NCBI GenBank assembly: GCA_000743035.1
Contig: CP008936.1
Location: 1,170,001 to 1,202,000, forward strand
Direction: 5' to 3'
Source: Candidatus Paracaedimonas acanthamoebae
Lineage (GTDB): Bacteria > Pseudomonadota > Alphaproteobacteria > Caedimonadales > Caedimonadaceae
DNA: 32,000 nt
The notes under the pieces were generated by a model. The model was given only the letters and a program-made list of their open reading frames with translations. It searched no databases and was not told where the DNA came from. Positions 31,021 through 32,000 of the stretch are shown one piece after another; positions within the stretch are counted from its first letter, which is position 1, and every line of letters starts with the position of its first letter. Made by a program: the position numbers and the translations under genes.

Positions 31021-31716
31021 TTAACTTGCGAAATCGGCAAGATCAACACGCACAGATGGCCCCATTGTCGAACTTAAAGAAATTTTCTTCAAATACGCTC
31101 CTTTAATGCCACTTGGACGTGCCTTATTGATAACCTCTACAAACATCTTGATATTTTCAACGAGAGCTTTCTCTGTAAAACTTACTTTACCAACACCACC
31201 ATGAACAATCCCCGCCTTCTCAGCACGGTATTCAATTTGCCCACCTTTCGCAGCTTTCACAGCTTCAGCGACATTGGGTGTTACTGTTCCAAGTTTGGGA
31301 TTTGGCATAAGCCCTTTAGGTCCCAAAACCTTTCCAAGTTTTCCAACAACAAGCATCATGTCTGGCGTTGCGATACAACGATCAAAAGCAATTTCACCTT
31401 TCTGAACTTTATCAGCAAGATCATCAGTCCCGACAAAGTCAGCGCCTGCAGCTAGAGCTTCCTTGGCCTTTTCATCTTTTGCAAAAACAGCAACACGAAG
31501 CGTTTTACCTGTTCCATTAGGAAGCTGAATCATTCCACGCAAGCTTTGATCTGCCTTCCGCGTATCAATGTTTAAATTTAAAGCAATTTCTACTGTTTCA
31601 TCAAATTTCGCAGTCGCACGAGTCTTAATGATTTTAACAGCTTCTTCAAGAGAATAAGCTGCCACAGCATCCAAATTCTCGTAAGCTTTTTTAAGTCTTT
31701 TTCCAATTTTTGTCAT
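31021..31716 (-). CDS. rplA: 50S ribosomal protein L1
   Basis: 231 aa. Motifs: [47 protein letters not shown] and [15 protein letters not shown]. Confidence 0.96.
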   Translation of the reverse strand: MTKIGKRLKKAYENLDAVAAYSLEEAVKIIKTRATAKFDETVEIALNLNIDTRKADQSLRGMIQLPNGTGKTLRVAVFAKDEKAKEALAAGADFVGTDDLADKVQKGEIAFDRCIATPDMMLVVGKLGKVLGPKGLMPNPKLGTVTPNVAEAVKAAKGGQIEYRAEKAGIVHGGVGKVSFTEKALVENIKMFVEVINKARPSGIKGAYLKKISLSSTMGPSVRVDLADFAS

Positions 31717-31719
31717 CGC

Positions 31720-32000
31720 TTACTCCACCACCTCAAGACCCATTGATCGCGCAGAACCAATAATCATTTGCACCGCAGCATCAACTGTAGTCGCATTAAG
31801 ATCAACCATTTTCTTTTGAGCAATCTCTTGAATTTGGCCCTTTGTTACTTTTCCAACCGTCCCTTTCCCTGGAGTCTGAGACCCCTTAGGAAGACCTGCA
31901 GCTTTCTTTAAAAAATAGCTGACGGGCGGAGTTTTTGTAACAAAACTAAATGAACGGTCTGAGTAAGCTGTAATAACCACAGGAATTGGCATCCCAGGCT
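31720..32000 (-). CDS. rplK: 50S ribosomal protein L11, 3' portion only (5' end lies beyond the window)
   Basis: The C-terminal sequence [66 protein letters not shown] is typical of L11. The reading frame stays open to the window edge. The stop lies 3 nt before the rplA start. Confidence 0.93.
   Translation of the reverse strand, partial: PGMPIPVVITAYSDRSFSFVTKTPPVSYFLKKAAGLPKGSQTPGKGTVGKVTKGQIQEIAQKKMVDLNATTVDAAVQMIIGSARSMGLEVVE

Overview
This is a moderately AT-rich bacterial chromosome segment. Gene content and order look alphaproteobacterial, possibly an intracellular or amoeba-associated lineage, but the taxon is inference only. All calls rest on motifs read by eye, and no similarity search was possible.

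- **Right third (minus strand):** the conserved block rplK (partial, runs off the window), rplA, rplJ, rplL, rpoB, rpoC.
- **Middle:** housekeeping genes. These are slt (lytic transglycosylase), dapA-smpB (8-nt overlap), tRNA-Gln(UUG), a csbD-BON stress-protein pair, and glyQ-glyS (ATGA overlap).
- **Left part (2.1-7.7 kb):** six consecutive ORFan genes, all with N-terminal signal peptides. Three tandem genes, and perhaps a fourth at 12.6 kb, are diverged paralogues with a shared C-terminal module. This is my best candidate for an undescribed exported or effector family.
- **Repeat arrays:** two GC-rich arrays of modular hairpin (MITE/REP-like) repeats lie at 1-1700 and 17612-18990. They include a 721-bp block present twice in direct orientation with no mismatch I could see. 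Copy A is 33-1066 and carries an extra 313-bp segment. Copy B is 18270-18990. Together they bracket 17.2 kb.
- **Repeat-borne ORF:** the repeats carry an RBS+ATG mini-ORF that is fused in frame to a neighbouring protease gene.
- **Decay signals:** a frameshifted trypsin-like protease, a small secreted ORF interrupted at an A8 tract, and a degraded lipoprotein-like ORF.
- **Not seen:** transposase, integrase, CRISPR array, rRNA or tmRNA.
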